DNA of 64,000 nt from Eledone cirrhosa (GCA_964016885.1 OZ024743.1:196292001-196356000), one strand, 5' to 3'; counted from the first letter of the stretch, positions 13,713 to 31,859 are shown. A program made the numbers and translations. The notes: a model not told the origin generated them from the sequence alone.

Positions 13713-14039
13713 GGAGGGCACTCCGTCAGTTACAAAGATGAGTGTCCCAGTTGATCGATCAGCAGAACGACCTGCTCGTGAAATTAACGTGCAAGTGACT
13801 GAGCATTCCACAAACACGCATACCCTTAACGTAGTTCTCAGGGAGATTCTGCGTGACAAAGAATGTGACAAGGCTAGCCCTTCGATTTACCGGTACAACT
13901 CATTTTTGCCAGCTGAGTAAACTGGAGCAATGGGAAACAAAGTATCTTGCTCAAGGACACAGCGCGCCACCGGGAATAGAACTCACAACCTTACGATCGT
14001 GAGCCGAATTCCCAAACCACAAAGCTACGCGCCTTCACT
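13713..14039 (-). mobile_element. Full-length SINE family B with 12-bp TSD
   Basis: tRNA-like head on the minus strand (gtgaaggcgcgtagc...gagttctattcccgg), TGTGTCCTTGAGCAAG core. TSD aaattacaacgt at 13701-13712 and 14040-14051. A partial copy lies at 13280-13440. Confidence 0.85.
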
Positions 14040-14679
14040 AAATTACAACGTACCACCTTAGAAAATATAAATTGGGTAATGTGGTCCTAGTTTCACTGCG
14101 CATAGGAAAAGATGAGATGGTCACAGCTAGAATGCTTTTGATGAAGGGCTGTTTTGAAACTAAATTACAACACCGACGAATCAAATAGAGAATTTAGATC
14201 TTTTTCAAATGATTCGCTGACTATTTACTAACAATGTAATCTTAATTGCTGGACTTTCTCCAGTTTCCTTTCTAAACATATCTTAAAATAATTATATAGC
14301 TGGCAACAGAACACGATCATTTGTTTACGAAATTATATGTATTTGCTTCACTCTGGAGGACAACGTTGTAAGAGTTCTGTAACGATACAATTCAAAACAC
14401 AATATTGAGCCTCCCCAAATAGGTATCATTGCTTACTTAAAAGCTAGGATGTAAAAGCTGCGTGTCGTTCATAACACAGATCCTTTTAATCGTCTCGCCG
14501 AGGTTAACGTTACCTTTCATCCTTCGAGGGTCGGTAAAATCATGTCCCTGTTAAGTACTGGGTTTAATATAATAAACTTTCCTTTTCCTCCAAATTTCTG
14601 GCCATGTTTAAGCATCTTGATAACTCCCATAGAGAGAGAGAGGAGAAGAGAGATGCGAGAAGAGGGAGGGGAGACAGAG

Positions 14680-16690
14680 AGTCTCCAGTGACATTATCTG
14701 GTGGGCTCTTATAAAATTAGTAGACGAGTGACATGTGAGGGCAGTACAAGCCATGTATAGAAGAACAGTCAGCAAGGTCAGAATTAACAATGACTATAGT
14801 GAAGAATTTAGAGTGCAAGTTGACTCCGTTCTTAGCCCTCTCCTGTTTATTATTGTCCTGCAGGCTATAACGGGAGTGTTTAAGAACGGCTGCCCATGGG
14901 GACTCCTGTATACAGATGACCTAAACCTTACAGCTGAATCTAGGGCGGAATTAGAGAAGAAATTCCAAACCTGGAAGCATGGCTTAGAATAAAAAGGTCT
15001 TAAAGTCAACTTGACAAAGACTAAAGTTCTTGTAAATATAAAGGAAAATAGAGCCCAGATTTCCCCAGGGAAATGGTCTTGCTCAGTGTGCAGAAAAAGA
15101 GTAGGTAGAAATTCCATTCTATGTCCCAAATACAAACTATGAGTACACAAGAGATGTAGTGGGATCTCGGACAGGCTAACAAAGAACGCAGGTTTTATAT
15201 GTGGTCGGTGCGCAGAGGCAGTAATTAGCAAGAGCTCACAGGAAACAATCTACTTCATATGACAAGAGCTCTGTAGAAGTGGTGGATATTTTCTGTTAAC
15301 TGAGTGACCAAATTAACAGTGGAGGAGGGTGTTCCGAAAGCACAGTAGCCAGAGTGAGAACGAGTTGGAGAAAGTTCAGGAAGTTACTACTGCTGATAAC
15401 TACAACCAGATTTTCCCTCAAAATGAAATGCAGATTGTATGATACATGTATACGAACAACAATGTTGCACGGTAGCGAGAAATGGGCACTGCGTGAAGAG
15501 GACCTGCGAAGATTGGAAAGAAATGAAGCTTCTCTGCGTCGATGGATGTACAATAGTGATATACACGAACGGCAAAGCATAAATGAACTGCGTGAGAAAA
15601 TTGGCATAAGCGAGATCAGATGCAGTGTGCAGGAGAGGAGATTGCGTTGGTATAGACATGTGTTGCATATGAAGGATGATATCTCTATAAAATGTGCAAA
15701 GCGTTCAAAGCGATGGAAGCTAAGGTGTGAGAAGGCATAGGAAGACTTTGGATGAGGTGAAAAAAGCTGACCTTGCACAATTGCACCTCTCAAAGGTGAT
15801 GTTATGGGATCGTAATCTCTGGGGCTATGCAGTAATACAGAAGATTCGCCTTCTCATATGCCGGAGCTGAGGCATACATCTAGTATGCACCCCCTTCTCT
15901 CCCATCACCCCTCCCATACACTTCCCACGTTGTAAATCCCGCCTCCTCTACATCGACCTCCACAATACATTATGCATCCCCGCACCCAATTCCCCAATCT
16001 ACACCATAAAGCGACCATCCTGGAGCAACGACAATAAGCGCCCAGTCAACACTGTAAAGTGATTGTGTAGGTGTCACGACAAAAAGCACCTAGCTCACAC
16101 GTTACAGTGGTCGTGAAGGTGTCACGATAAAAAGTATCCAGTCCACACTGTAAAGTGGTCGTGTAGGAGTCACGATAAAATGCGCCCTGTCCACACTGTA
16201 AAGTGGTCGTGTATGTCTCACGAGAAAAAGCGACCAGTCCACACTGTAAAGTGTTCGTATAGGTGTCGCGACAAAAATCTCCCAGCCCACACTATAAAGT
16301 GGTCGTGTAGGTGTCACGACAAAAAGTGCTCAGCCCACACTATAAAGTGGTCGTGTAGGTGTCGCGACAAATATCTCCCAGCCCACACTATAAAGTGGTC
16401 GTGTAGGTGTCACGACAAAAAGTGCTCAGCCCACACTGTAAAGTGGCCGTGTAGGAGTCACGATAAAATGCGCCCAGTCCACACTGTAAAGTGGCCGTGT
16501 AGGTACAACGAATAAAAGCACCCAGCCCACACTGTAAATGTGGTTAGGAAGGACATCCAGGCGTAGAAACCAAGCCAAAATCAGTTGTGTGAGCAAATCA
16601 CGGTCCTCTGATCTGGCTGGCTCACAATGGGACAACCCGTCTAACCCATGCTAACATGGAAAAATGGACGTTAAACGATAATTATGATAA
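14680..16690 (+). mobile_element. 5'-truncated, decayed RTE-clade LINE with a Cys-rich (PHD-like) insert in the RT and a tandem-repeat 3'UTR
   Basis: SVLSPLLFIIV, LLYTDDL, WSCSVCRKRVGRNSILC...VHKRCSG, MLHGSEKW, RRLRWYRHV, with stops and frameshifts. Tail ends ggacgttaaacgataat. Confidence 0.85.
16041..16540 (+). repeat. 48-bp minisatellite (~10.5 units) in the RTE 3'UTR
   Basis: acact(g/a)taaagtgg recurs every 48 bp from 16050 to 16529. Confidence 0.95.
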
Positions 16691-16691
16691 T

Positions 16692-16874
16692 AATTGTTTC
16701 TACTTTAGGCACAAGGCCAGCAATTACCCAGTGCATTACTGGTACTTTATTTTATCGACCCCGTAAGGATGAAAGGCAAAGTCAACCTCGGCGGGATTTG
16801 AACTCAGATCGTAAAGGGACGTAACTATGCTGGAAAGCATGGCGTCCGACCCTCTACAGATACTGCCAATCCAC
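16692..16874 (-). mobile_element. SINE family A
   Basis: Reverse complement of the family A consensus, inserted in the RTE tail. Confidence 0.88.
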
Positions 16875-17154
16875 AATATATATATATATTATATATATAT
16901 ATTATATATATATATATATTAAAATGTGAGAACCGCTGTAAATAATAGCTTACAAAATCGCATAAAATACCACTAGATGTGGAAAAAGTGGTCAAAGACG
17001 CCTACGGAGAATTGAACTTCGTATCTCTCGAATACCGTATATGTATGAGCATGTGCGTGTTTATGTCTGTCTGTGTATCTGCGTGCGTGTGCGTGTGTGC
17101 GTGTGCGTGCATGTGTGTGCGTGCGTGCGTGCGTGTGCGTGAGTGTGTGTGTGT

Positions 17155-17256
<102 letters not shown>

Positions 17257-17546
17257 CAGGGGAAGTTCTTCAATGTGGTCAAAGAAAATATGACATTGCC
17301 AGGATACGCGTTACATTTCAACCTTTTTAGTGAACTGTAATCGAATCCCTTACTCGAGGGTGAGATCAGCCAAACCTCGGCGCCATAATAACTATTGCAA
17401 GAATTAATAAAACTGATGTAAAAGTCGGAGAAACGTGGGTGCTACTGTCTTAAGATTCGACAAATTCTCAGCCTCTGCTTGTATATCTCTGAACCTGAGA
17501 ATTAACATGCATTTATTTATGCTTGTGTGCATGCATAATAGATTAA

Positions 17547-17676
<130 letters not shown>

Positions 17677-17767
17677 CAAATATATATATATTCAGACACG
17701 CATATATATATATATATATATATGTAAACACACAAACATATATATATTTACACACACACACACACAA

Positions 17768-17820
<53 letters not shown>

Positions 17821-17897
17821 TGTGTGTATGTGTATGGATGTGCATATATTTGAGTGCGTGCATGTATATATATATATATATATAGTAATAATAATAA

Positions 17898-17980
<83 letters not shown>

Positions 17981-18467
17981 CGTGTATGTGTGTATGTGCG
18001 TCAATTTTGCGTGTGCAAAAGAGACCAAAATCTTTCAGCTTACCAAAGGAAGAAACAATAGAAATCCACAGCCTACGATGTAACTTTAATCCCTCAGTAA
18101 GAGATGGAAATAGAGAAACAAATCCTTTATTAAGCCTGACATTTAGTTCTTCTGTTAGCTTCAGATAGAAGTGTGTATGTATATGAGTCTATATGTATAT
18201 ATTTCTCTATGTATATATTTCTGTATATGTGTTAGTGATGGTGAGCCAGTGCTGTGTACGTGGTATGTTTGTGTGTGATTTTTTTTTTTTTTTTCACGTT
18301 TACTTCCGAAGTTAGGAGGGGGGCAAACATATCTGGCTTATCGAAAGATTCACTGACTCATGAAGCGAAAAGGCCGAGTAAGTTATCTCGGTTTGTCAAT
18401 AAAGGGTCAAACTATCGCCAAATGACATAGAATACGGTTACACACCTACGTGCAACGTATCTCAGTA

Positions 18468-18500
<33 letters not shown>

Positions 18501-18539
18501 GCATGGTGCATATATACATATATATATATATATAGATAG

Positions 18540-18659
<120 letters not shown>

Positions 18660-18666
18660 TACGCAT

Positions 18667-18722
<56 letters not shown>

Positions 18723-18883
18723 ATATATATATATATATATATATATACGTATATATATATATATATACGTATATATATATATATGAATATATATGCCACG
18801 CATATAAATATAATACATATATATATATATATATATACACCACGCATATAGATATATACGTATATATATATATATATATATAA

Positions 18884-19001
<118 letters not shown>

Positions 19002-19406
19002 ATATATATATATATGCGTAAAAAAACAACAGAGAAATACACATAAACAGATATGTATATGTAAATGTACGCGAGTATATGTATATATAAATATTTATAA
19101 ACATGTGGCATTTGTACTCATACGTATATATTTGTATATATATGTATATATGTATGTATATATGTGTGTATATATGTATATTAATGATGCATGTCCATGT
19201 GTATATGTAAATGGATATATGCATAAATGGAGGGATATAAAATCTATACATACATATACGTATATAAGCGTACATATATACATATGTGTGCATGTGTGTG
19301 TTAATACGATTTCATACACCACCACCACTTCCCCCTTTTACTCTTGTCCACATCTTTCCCCCGCCTTCTAATCCTGATCTCTCATGGAACTGTGAATCAC
19401 ACTCAT

Positions 19407-19528
<122 letters not shown>

Positions 19529-20297
19529 AATAGAGATACATACATACATTCATGCATAGACACAGACATATATACATACATACATACACACATACATACA
19601 TACATACATACATATATACATACATACATACATACATACATACATACATACATACATACATGTACATACACACATTCAAACATACATACACACATACATG
19701 CATACATACATACACACATACATACATACACACACATACATACATACATACATACATATATGCATATATTCATACATACATGCATACATACACCCACACA
19801 CACACATACATACATACACACACATACATACATACATACATACACACATACATACATACATACATACATACATACACATACATACATACATACATACATA
19901 CATACATACATACATACATACATACATACATACATACATACATACATACATGGGCATAGGAAAAAGAAAAGGAGTGATGCAGAAATAATAGTCCTATAAA
20001 AAAAAACGCTATACTCTATAAAATAAAAGAAAACAGTTAATGGTAAAAATATATTGGATCAGCTTGCATGAAGAATATATTACTAAAGCCAGGAAACTAC
20101 AGACGTCAAGATGTCAGAAGAGTATATAGGAAACATTTGGCACACGCACATACCCTCATCTTTTATCTCATACACTGACACAGATAAATGTATAGGCTCT
20201 CCATATACAGGAATAGTGTGTGTACCTATTTGTATGTATGTATGTATGTATGTATGTATGTATGTATGTATGTATGTATGTATGTATGTATATCTAG

Positions 20298-23458
<3,161 letters not shown>

Positions 23459-23473
23459 GAGATATATAGATAT

Positions 23474-24200
23474 ATTTCTTTATTTGCCACAAGGGCGCAA
23501 AAGAAAAGGGGACAATACAAAGACACATGCCGGAGATTTTACATACATTCGTGTAAAAATATTGAAACAAACAATTATAACAATCGAAATCCCCAATAGG
23601 GGGGAGGCGCCACAAATGGGTTGTTTAATACCCCGTCGATAGAACAACCCTCAACTTCAGGAGCGTGTTGTGCAAGTGCTCCTTTCTTCCTTTTGCTCTC
23701 TTCTTTAACCTACAGGCTTATAAACAGCGAAGGCCCAATCACTCGGGCCATTTTCGCTTCATTCACCGACCTTTCAGTAAATTTACTGGGGTGCAGTGCC
23801 TCTCTCTCCACTCTGATTCTCCTTCTAAAGTGATACTTAAAGAAGGGAATCAATTGTTGTCCGGAGAGAAAGGCATCTGTCCTCAGTCCTCTCAATCTCG
23901 TCCACCATATGACCTCTTTCACCATAGCTACTGTACAGAGGAAAACCGCCTCTCTTTCGTTTTTGAAAGAGGCTGGTGGTTTGATCCTTACTATGGACTC
24001 GGCAGTCAACTGAATTTGTCCCATACGCGACAGCAGTTGTTCTGCATAGTTCCACAGGTCGCTTACGCCCGGGTAGTGTAAAATTGCGTGCAAGACGGTT
24101 TCAATGTCCTGCTCGCATCTTGGACACGTCCTCTTGGAAGGATCCCTGCCTGTAGGTCCGTGCCTGTAGATCTTATCTCGAACGGGTAGACCTTCTCGGT
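23474..24200 (-). mobile_element. 5'-truncated Tx1-like element (ORF2 C-terminus + 3'UTR)
   Basis: AVFLCTVAMVKEVIWWTRLRGL homology. The 5' truncation point joins agatagatagata. Confidence 0.88.
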
Positions 24201-26285
24201 AGATAGATAGATAAGCACGTATATAAACGTTAAACTAAAAGACTTTGTTAATGCATCCTCTTGTTTGTTTCTTGAATTCTTGACATAGGTGTTTGTGCTA
24301 GTGTGGTTACAAGTCTATATGTTAGGTTGCATTTATTCCGCAAAAGCATAGCGATACATATATACACACTCGTGAACAGAAGGGACAAACTTGTCATCCA
24401 TTTATTATAATTCTGAAGCTGTATACATGGATTGTCTCCCTTTGATGAACATTTTTGTCTGAACTAAATGACAATATAACTTAATCATTTCTGAAGCGAA
24501 GGGAAGGTTTTTTTCTCTTATTTTTTTTCCTCTTGTCTTGAGTGCAATTGACTGTATATACTGCAATGTTTATTTTGGTCCCACTTTGGGGCGAGTTCAA
24601 ATTTCGCTTTTGACCAGTGATAGTTGTTAAAACAAGAGCTTATACGTATTCACTCGAATACAGCAGTCCTCTACAAACATTTAGCTTACTAAAAAAAAAA
24701 AGAAAAAGACATAATTGAATGAGTTCCACCAAGAAACTTTATAAAGGTTTTTTTTCAGAATTCATCAATCTTTATGCACAATTTCAAGAATTCCAGAAAA
24801 GGTAACCTCCCTACACATCTCCCTCGCCACGACTCCTTCCCAAAATATCCACTCACACACAAAATTCTCAACACCACCTCAAGGCTATAAAATGTTGGTT
24901 AGCGAACTAAGTATCATGATACCAAGGTATACAAGAACAACACATCCAGAACCTAAAACTTCTATAGGAATCTATTTTCTCACCCTTCTATTTAGCTTAT
25001 TCAGAATTCTTCTTGGGCACCCCCGCTTTGGGCACCAGAAGAATCTGTGGACATACAGTAATAGCTTTGCCAATGAGTTACGCTCTACCCTACTCGATTT
25101 ACTACTGTTTATCGGAATGTGTAGGACGGGTATTCAGCTTGGCGCAAACAGGGTTAACCTCGGGACGGGATTCGTTGTTTGGCTGAATATATGCAAGTCA
25201 CACGGCTGACGTAGAGCTAAACAACAACAACAACAAATGTTGTCTTCGTGCCAGTGTAACAGTTCAAAAGCGATTTGCTAAGATACTTGACTATTTTTCA
25301 TTCTTACTTTTTCAATTTCGACCGTACATGCTAATGTGGATGAGTAGCTGTTTTATTTCCTTCCAGTTGCTTTATAAATCTGCAATGCTCTTCTGAGGAT
25401 AGTTTATTTTTCTTTGCTTTGCTTTTAAAATCCTCATCACTTTCTTTGTTAGCATGTAAGGATTCATTTTGTATTGCGTAATGCACTGCTAGCTATATGC
25501 ATGAGTCTCTGACATTTCACGAGTCTCTGCGTAATTGCTCGACCTACTATAAATAGCAGCCAAAATAATTTGTTAATTATAACCAAACATCTTTAAAAAG
25601 GAGTAATGCATTGGATAATGTAGTCCTAGATACACTGTATCCCCCAAAAGAAGATTAATAGTATTTTAATCATATCTTTTCTTGATCATACATGAGCAAG
25701 GAGTAAACAAGAACAAAAACACATTTTTCATATCAAACAGAACATTCCGTGTAATTTCACTGCAGGAATGTCCCCCGTTTTTGTCCATGTTGGCAAAAGA
25801 TCTTTGCTTTCATTCCTAAGAAAGGGTAATTTCTTCTTACGATGTTCCACGAGCATTCCTTTTTCAATATATATTAACCTGGATACATACAATGTGTGTA
25901 ATTGGGGTTGTTGATCTTATTCCTGAGCAATCATTTGCATACTACGATGAGATAAAACAATGGCTGACGGAGTATACAAGAGCTTTTTCTCTAAAAAACA
26001 GTTTTCCGTACTTCCTCTTCTCATTCTGAACATTTCTATTCTTTTATTCCTCAATCTATCTTTTGATGAAGGATTAGTGTCCAAAATGTTAAGATTATTT
26101 TCCTACTATATCAAGCGTTAAACTAACTAACAATTTACTCAGCCATCATTGGGTAGGTATGACAATTATATCTGACGTGGTAATTTAGCCTAGCTGTATT
26201 TAGGAAGGGAAACAATAGCTTGGGTTGTCAGTCTCCCTGCTTCCACATTGTACACACACACACACACACACACTCACTCATTTAT

Positions 26286-26349
<64 letters not shown>

Positions 26350-27021
26350 ATTATGTGTGTATATATATATATATGCGTATGTATATGTATGTGTGTGTAT
26401 ATATATGACTATATCTATATGAAAGTATATATGTTATTTATACATAAAATACACACACACACACACATATATATATATATGTGTGCAAGTGTGTGTGGGT
26501 ATGTGTCTGTCCACTGTTAATCTCCCCCCCCCCCCCCCCGAAGTTCATTCATCTTCCTCTATTTGCTATTCAAACGTTACTGTCTGTATGTAACAACTGA
26601 TATGAATATTATCCTTGATTTTTATTGGAATGCATTTACAGTTTCTGATTCTCAAATGGAAATAAAAAAAAACAAATAAAAAGGAAAGAAAAAACACAAA
26701 ATAAAAGGAAAAAAAAACTCAAAGTCACAAAGCAAATCCCAAACAAAATAAAAATCTAACAATATCAGGTTGTTTTGATATCTATGTTACCGATTTATTC
26801 GTGTGTCCATTCCAGCGTACCAATTTTTGAAACCTATACTGACAAAACAATTGTAAAACGTACATATGTATTGTATTGTATCGTATTGAATTATATGTTA
26901 CTGTAGTGAACTATAGAGATAGTTATGCCAAATTTGATATATATATATATATAATGATGGTTATTGGTATAGACATACATTGATAAATTATAACAATGCC
27001 TCAGACTTATATATATATATG

Positions 27022-27097
<76 letters not shown>

Positions 27098-27135
27098 ATT
27101 AAATAAATGGAAAACTATATTTATAAAACCATATT

Positions 27136-27201
27136 TATTTCATTATATATATTTCGGGGATATCATATTAACAATATGCTATGCCTTCATCAGACAAAAT
27201 A
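27136..27201 (-). ncRNA. Type I hammerhead ribozyme in pLTR
   Basis: Reverse complement of 31089-31154. Confidence 0.8.
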
Positions 27202-27564
27202 CAATATAAACAGTTTTATAGATAAATATATTCGACATACCGTAATAAACATCAACTTCATTTGAAGAGGTTCACTCTAGCAGTGAAAATACAGAGAGAA
27301 AGAAAGAGAGAGAGAAAAGAGGGAAATAAGAAAGAAAGAAAGACGAAACGAAGAAAAGGAAGAAAAAGAAGAAAAAGAAGAAATGCATGGGACAAAATAG
27401 AGAGATGGAAAAATAGATAAAGCGAAGAGCTTCATGTAAAGAGACCGAAAGAGATATATATATATATATAGAGAGAGGAAATAGAGATAGATACATATAT
27501 AAATATAGATATAGAAAAATTAGGTAGTGGGAGGTCATTTTGAGTAAGTGTATCAATGATGCAT

Positions 27565-27599
<35 letters not shown>

Positions 27600-28708
27600 G
27601 CTCAAGTATTAATGTAAGGGAGATATAGAGAGATATAGAGAGATATAGAGAGAGAAAAATTTAAAAATAGCCAGACATATTCGAGGCGTAGAAAACCCTA
27701 TGTTTTAATGTATTAGTATTTATAAAACTTACACTATATTGTAAATATCAGTATTCCTGAATGAAACAAGTATTCACAATGCGTGAAAATTCATTATCTT
27801 ATGTTTAGTTTTTTAAAAAATTCATATGTCTATGTGAATCCAACTGATTCACTCCGCAAATTCAAAGTTACCGGAAAACATTCTCAATGTGGTATAAACA
27901 TTTGAGCGTATTATTATTCTTGCGATTACTCTACAAGATTATCTATCAAGCAGAAATAGAGAGCAGATTTCAATATACTAATCGAAAATATATATTATAT
28001 TATAAGCAGAGATAACAATAATAATGATAATAAGTAAAAATATATAAAAATATAAAAATATAGAATAGAAAACTAAAAAAGAATATTACGAAAGAATATT
28101 ACATAATAAAAATATTGCATATTAAAAATACTATGTTTTAAAATTATTACGTATTAAAACTTTACATATAAAAATATTAAAAATAAAAATAAAATAAAAT
28201 AAAAAATAAAAAATAAAAATATAAAAATATTATAGAATACTACAATACTAAAAGAATAAAAATAAAAATAAAAATAAAAATAAAAATAAAAATAAAAATA
28301 AAAATAAAAAATAAAAAATAAACCACAAAGAACAACCCTTCAAGGTTAATTGACAATATATTGCCAAGTTCACTACAAGACAAAGCCAAAATTATCTATC
28401 AAATCACATCTAGCAAGGAATATCGCAAAAAAAAAAAAGGTTATGATGTCCAATAATGTCTACATATGTTCCTATATTTAATATATAAGTTTATCAAGTG
28501 TAAGGTTAATTCATAAAATTTGGAGCATCGGCTTTTAGGGTAGCTTAATTTTTCATGAGGAATGTTTAGATAAAAATAAAAATAAAAATAAAAAATAAAA
28601 ATAAAAATAAATACAATAAAATAAACAGTAAAAAGAGGGAATCAAAGATTTAGGAATCAAAAGATTTATCGGCTAGTTCTCATATAAATATAAATCAAAC
28701 TAAATATA

Positions 28709-30275
28709 CTACATTTTAAATTTAAATTTATATTTAAACGTTGAGTTTAATCTATGTTTGCAACAACTGAATAAATTTGTCCGTAGGTTAAGGGAATTTT
28801 TAGATTTTAGTATAAAGAATATCTCCTCTGCGCAGAGGTCACATGTCTCAGAGGATGAATTAAAAGGAATCCCTCTTGAGACTATATTCCAAGCCGTCGA
28901 ATTTCTAACGTTATCTAGCTTAAGTTGCCAGAGTACACCTGATAGTGCCGTTGAAGATTTTTTATTTGGATCTGTGAAAGAATTCTTGTGGTTATTATAG
29001 CGAAGTTTAAATTCCGTCGATGTGGAACCGACGTAGTTAAAAGAATTAGAGTCAGTATTAACATTACAATTGTATACTATATTTTTAACTAAGCAGTTGT
29101 TATTTAACGGACATTTAGATCTATCTCTACAGTTGCATTTGTTAACTTGTATATTATTTATGCTATTATCAGTAGTTTTTAAGTTCCTATTATTTATTCT
29201 ATTAATATTTTGTGCTAAATTTTTGGTGGATGAATAGGTTAATTTAATTGTATGCCTATTGAAGATTGAGTGGTACCTATGTGTTCTAGGGAAGCGATTA
29301 TCAAGAGCTTTGAAAAATAATTTAGCGATGTGGGTTTTAATGTTTAGTGAGAAAGGGGGGGCAAACCAAATTATGTTCCTAGTTCTATTTCTTTTTTGTC
29401 CTTTGGAATTATTGTAATGCTTTCTATTATAGTTGTTAATGTTGTTGCCATAATTAAAAAAGTTGTTACTTTGTTTAGTTTGTTTATCATTATCTATGTA
29501 CACAATCTTATCAGCATACCCTGCCCTAGCTAGTGCATCATTATAGTATTGGGCCTTTTCGTCAAAAATCTTTCTATTCGACGAGATCCTAGAGATACGC
29601 TTTTGGACTGAGTTTACTATAGTGTTTTTGACAAATCTGGGGTGGTTAGAGTTAAAGTTGACATAGTTTAAGTTTTCATTCAACTTGTGAAAAGGATAGT
29701 GGAGACATGTGTTGAGATTTAATGTTATATCTAGGAAATTGACTATTCTATGGTTGTTCTCAATTTCTATTTTAAGGTTAAAGTAATTAAAAAATTTTGT
29801 AATTTGTTTACATTTTCTATTTAGTTCAGGGTTATTATTATTAATGAGTAAAAGCATGTCATCCCTATATAAACCTCCGGTAGTACCAGGTATTTTCCTA
29901 TGTAGCGAATTGATTAAAAATAAGCCCACAAGGTCAGTTACTTGAGCTGAGTCGGAAGATCCCATAGTTATGTCAAAATTGCTATCTCTATCTGCTCTGG
30001 TCCATAATTTGTCATCAAATTCTATCAAAGTTTTCCTAGCCGATAATATAATATGCATTTCTTTGCTAGTTAGGTCCGTATGTTTGAATGCGTAATTTAG
30101 TGCCTTATTTAGTAGACTAGGGGTAATAGAAGAATAATAGTTAGCTATATCAAGTTGAATAAACCTATTATTATTGTCATATTTAATTTGCCTAAACCAC
30201 TCAACAACCTCTCCGGTTCCCTTCCACAAGCTCAGGTTAGATACATAATCCAAGTTCTTAATTTGCAGTATCACC
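28709..30275 (-). CDS. PLE RT + CxCx5C linker + GIY-YIG endonuclease (N-terminus truncated, remainder open)
   Basis: QLDIANYYSSI, FDITMGSSDSAQ, GLYRDD, IIWFAPPFS, CNCRDRSKCPL, NIVY...YVGST...RYNNH, CDLC. The first ~42 aa of the listed ORF come from the inverted arm. Confidence 0.88.
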
Positions 30276-30690
30276 CATAATATAATATAATATAATATAT
30301 ATTTTCGATTAGTATATTGAAATCTGCTCTCTATTTCTGCTTGATAGATAATCTTGTAGAGTAATCGCAAGAATAATAATACACTCAAATGTTTATACCA
30401 CATTGAGAATGTTTTCCGGTAACTTTGAATTTGCGGAGTGAATCAGTTGGATTCACATAGACATATGAATTTTTTAAAAAACTAAACATAAGATAATGAA
30501 TTTTCACGCATTGTGAATACTTGTTTCATTCAGGAATACTGATATTTACAATATAGTGTAAGTTTTATAAATACTAATACATTAAAACATAGGGTTTTCT
30601 ACGCCTCGAATATGTCTGGCTATTTTTAAATTTTTCTCTCTCTATATCTCTCTATATCTCTCTATATCTCCCTTACATTAATACTTGAGC

Positions 30691-30725
<35 letters not shown>

Positions 30726-31088
30726 ATGCATCATTGATACACTTACTCAAAATGACCTCCCACTACCTAATTTTTCTATATCTATATTTATATATGTATC
30801 TATCTCTATTTCCTCTCTCTCTATATATATATATATCTCTTTCGGTCTCTTTACATGAAGCTCTTCGCTTTATCTATTTTTCCATCTCTCTATTTTGTCC
30901 CATGCATTTCTTCTTTTTCTTCTTTTTCTTCCTTTTCTTCGTTTCGTCTTTCTTTCTTTCTTATTTCCCTCTTTTCTCTCTCTCTTTCTTTCTCTCTGTA
31001 TTTTCACTGCTAGAGTGAACCTCTTCAAATGAAGTTGATGTTTATTACGGTATGTCGAATATATTTATCTATAAAACTGTTTATATTG

Positions 31089-31154
31089 TATTTTGTCTGA
31101 TGAAGGCATAGCATATTGTTAATATGATATCCCCGAAATATATATAATGAAATA
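31089..31154 (+). ncRNA. Type I hammerhead ribozyme with long stem II and palindromic stem III
   Basis: TATTTTGT-CTGATGA-[aggcatagCATATTgttAATATGatatcccc]-GAA-ATATATAT-A-ATGAAATA. Stem I is 8 bp with G-U pairs. Confidence 0.8.
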
Positions 31155-31599
31155 AATATGGTTTTATAAATATAGTTTTCCATTTATTTAATATTGTAAA
31201 TATACTCCAAGTATTTGTCGAGTGCTTTTATATCAGTTATAAATATTTACTAGTTGTAACCCAACAATTTTAAATATAACTTTACATATATATATATATA
31301 TGTATTTATGTATGAATACGCAGGAGAAACTCTAGAGAAACGAGAGTCAAATTTGACCTTAAATAATATATATATATTTCGTTTCTGAATTTGTTTAGCA
31401 AGATTCTTTATCTGAAATCGTGTGTTGAAACCGATATTGTTATACTTTGGGAGGGTCATGTTGCCAATAAGAAACACACGCACCAGTTGCTTTCACTTCA
31501 ATTTATTATATATTTAGAAATTTATAAATTTACAAATGTACAAACTTATAAATTTCTGGTTGGTTGGTTGGTTCCACAACCAGATAGTTGTTTATATAT

Positions 31600-31644
31600 A
31601 GTCATAGTCCTTTCGTCACACACTCTGTGACCTCTTCAGTGACT
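31600..31644 (-). ncRNA. Minimal type I hammerhead ribozyme
   Basis: AGTCA-CTGAAGA-G-GTCACA-gagtg-TGTGAC-GAA-AGGACT-A-TGACT. Perfect stems I and II. Confidence 0.88.
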
Positions 31645-31859
31645 GGGGATTCCTTTCTTCGTTTCTGTGCCTTTCCTTTCTTCTATCCTACGCCATTTTG
31701 TTTCTGTGTGTGTGTTGTGTGCTCAGTTTGAGCATGCGCCACATCCGGGTGTCTGTGTGTGTTTGTGTTCATTTATCTATTTGTTTATTTATTTATTTAT
31801 TTATTGTTGGTTGGTTGTTCGTTCTATGTGTGTGTGTGTTTTCATTTTGTCCTTAATTG

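Larger units (their letters stand above)
27092..31278 (-). mobile_element. Penelope-like element (Hydra-clade-like), 5'-truncated, with ~910-bp inverted pseudo-LTR
   Basis: RT+GIY-YIG ORF. 27092-28003 is the reverse complement of ~30288-31198. (TA)n at both ends. HHR in both arms. Confidence 0.9.

Noticed and set aside
16041-16540. CRISPR-like periodic array
   Set aside because: The whole 48-bp unit repeats with no unique spacers, there are no cas genes, and the context is eukaryotic.
18000-18470. Possible PLE GIY-YIG C-terminal remnant (KEETIEIH...NFN...RDG) with pLTR
   Set aside because: The similarity is too short and no intact HHR was found.
30276-30403. N-terminus of the 564-aa ORF as a genuine PLE start
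   Set aside because: It derives from the inverted pLTR arm. Homology to the full-length paralog begins near 30275.
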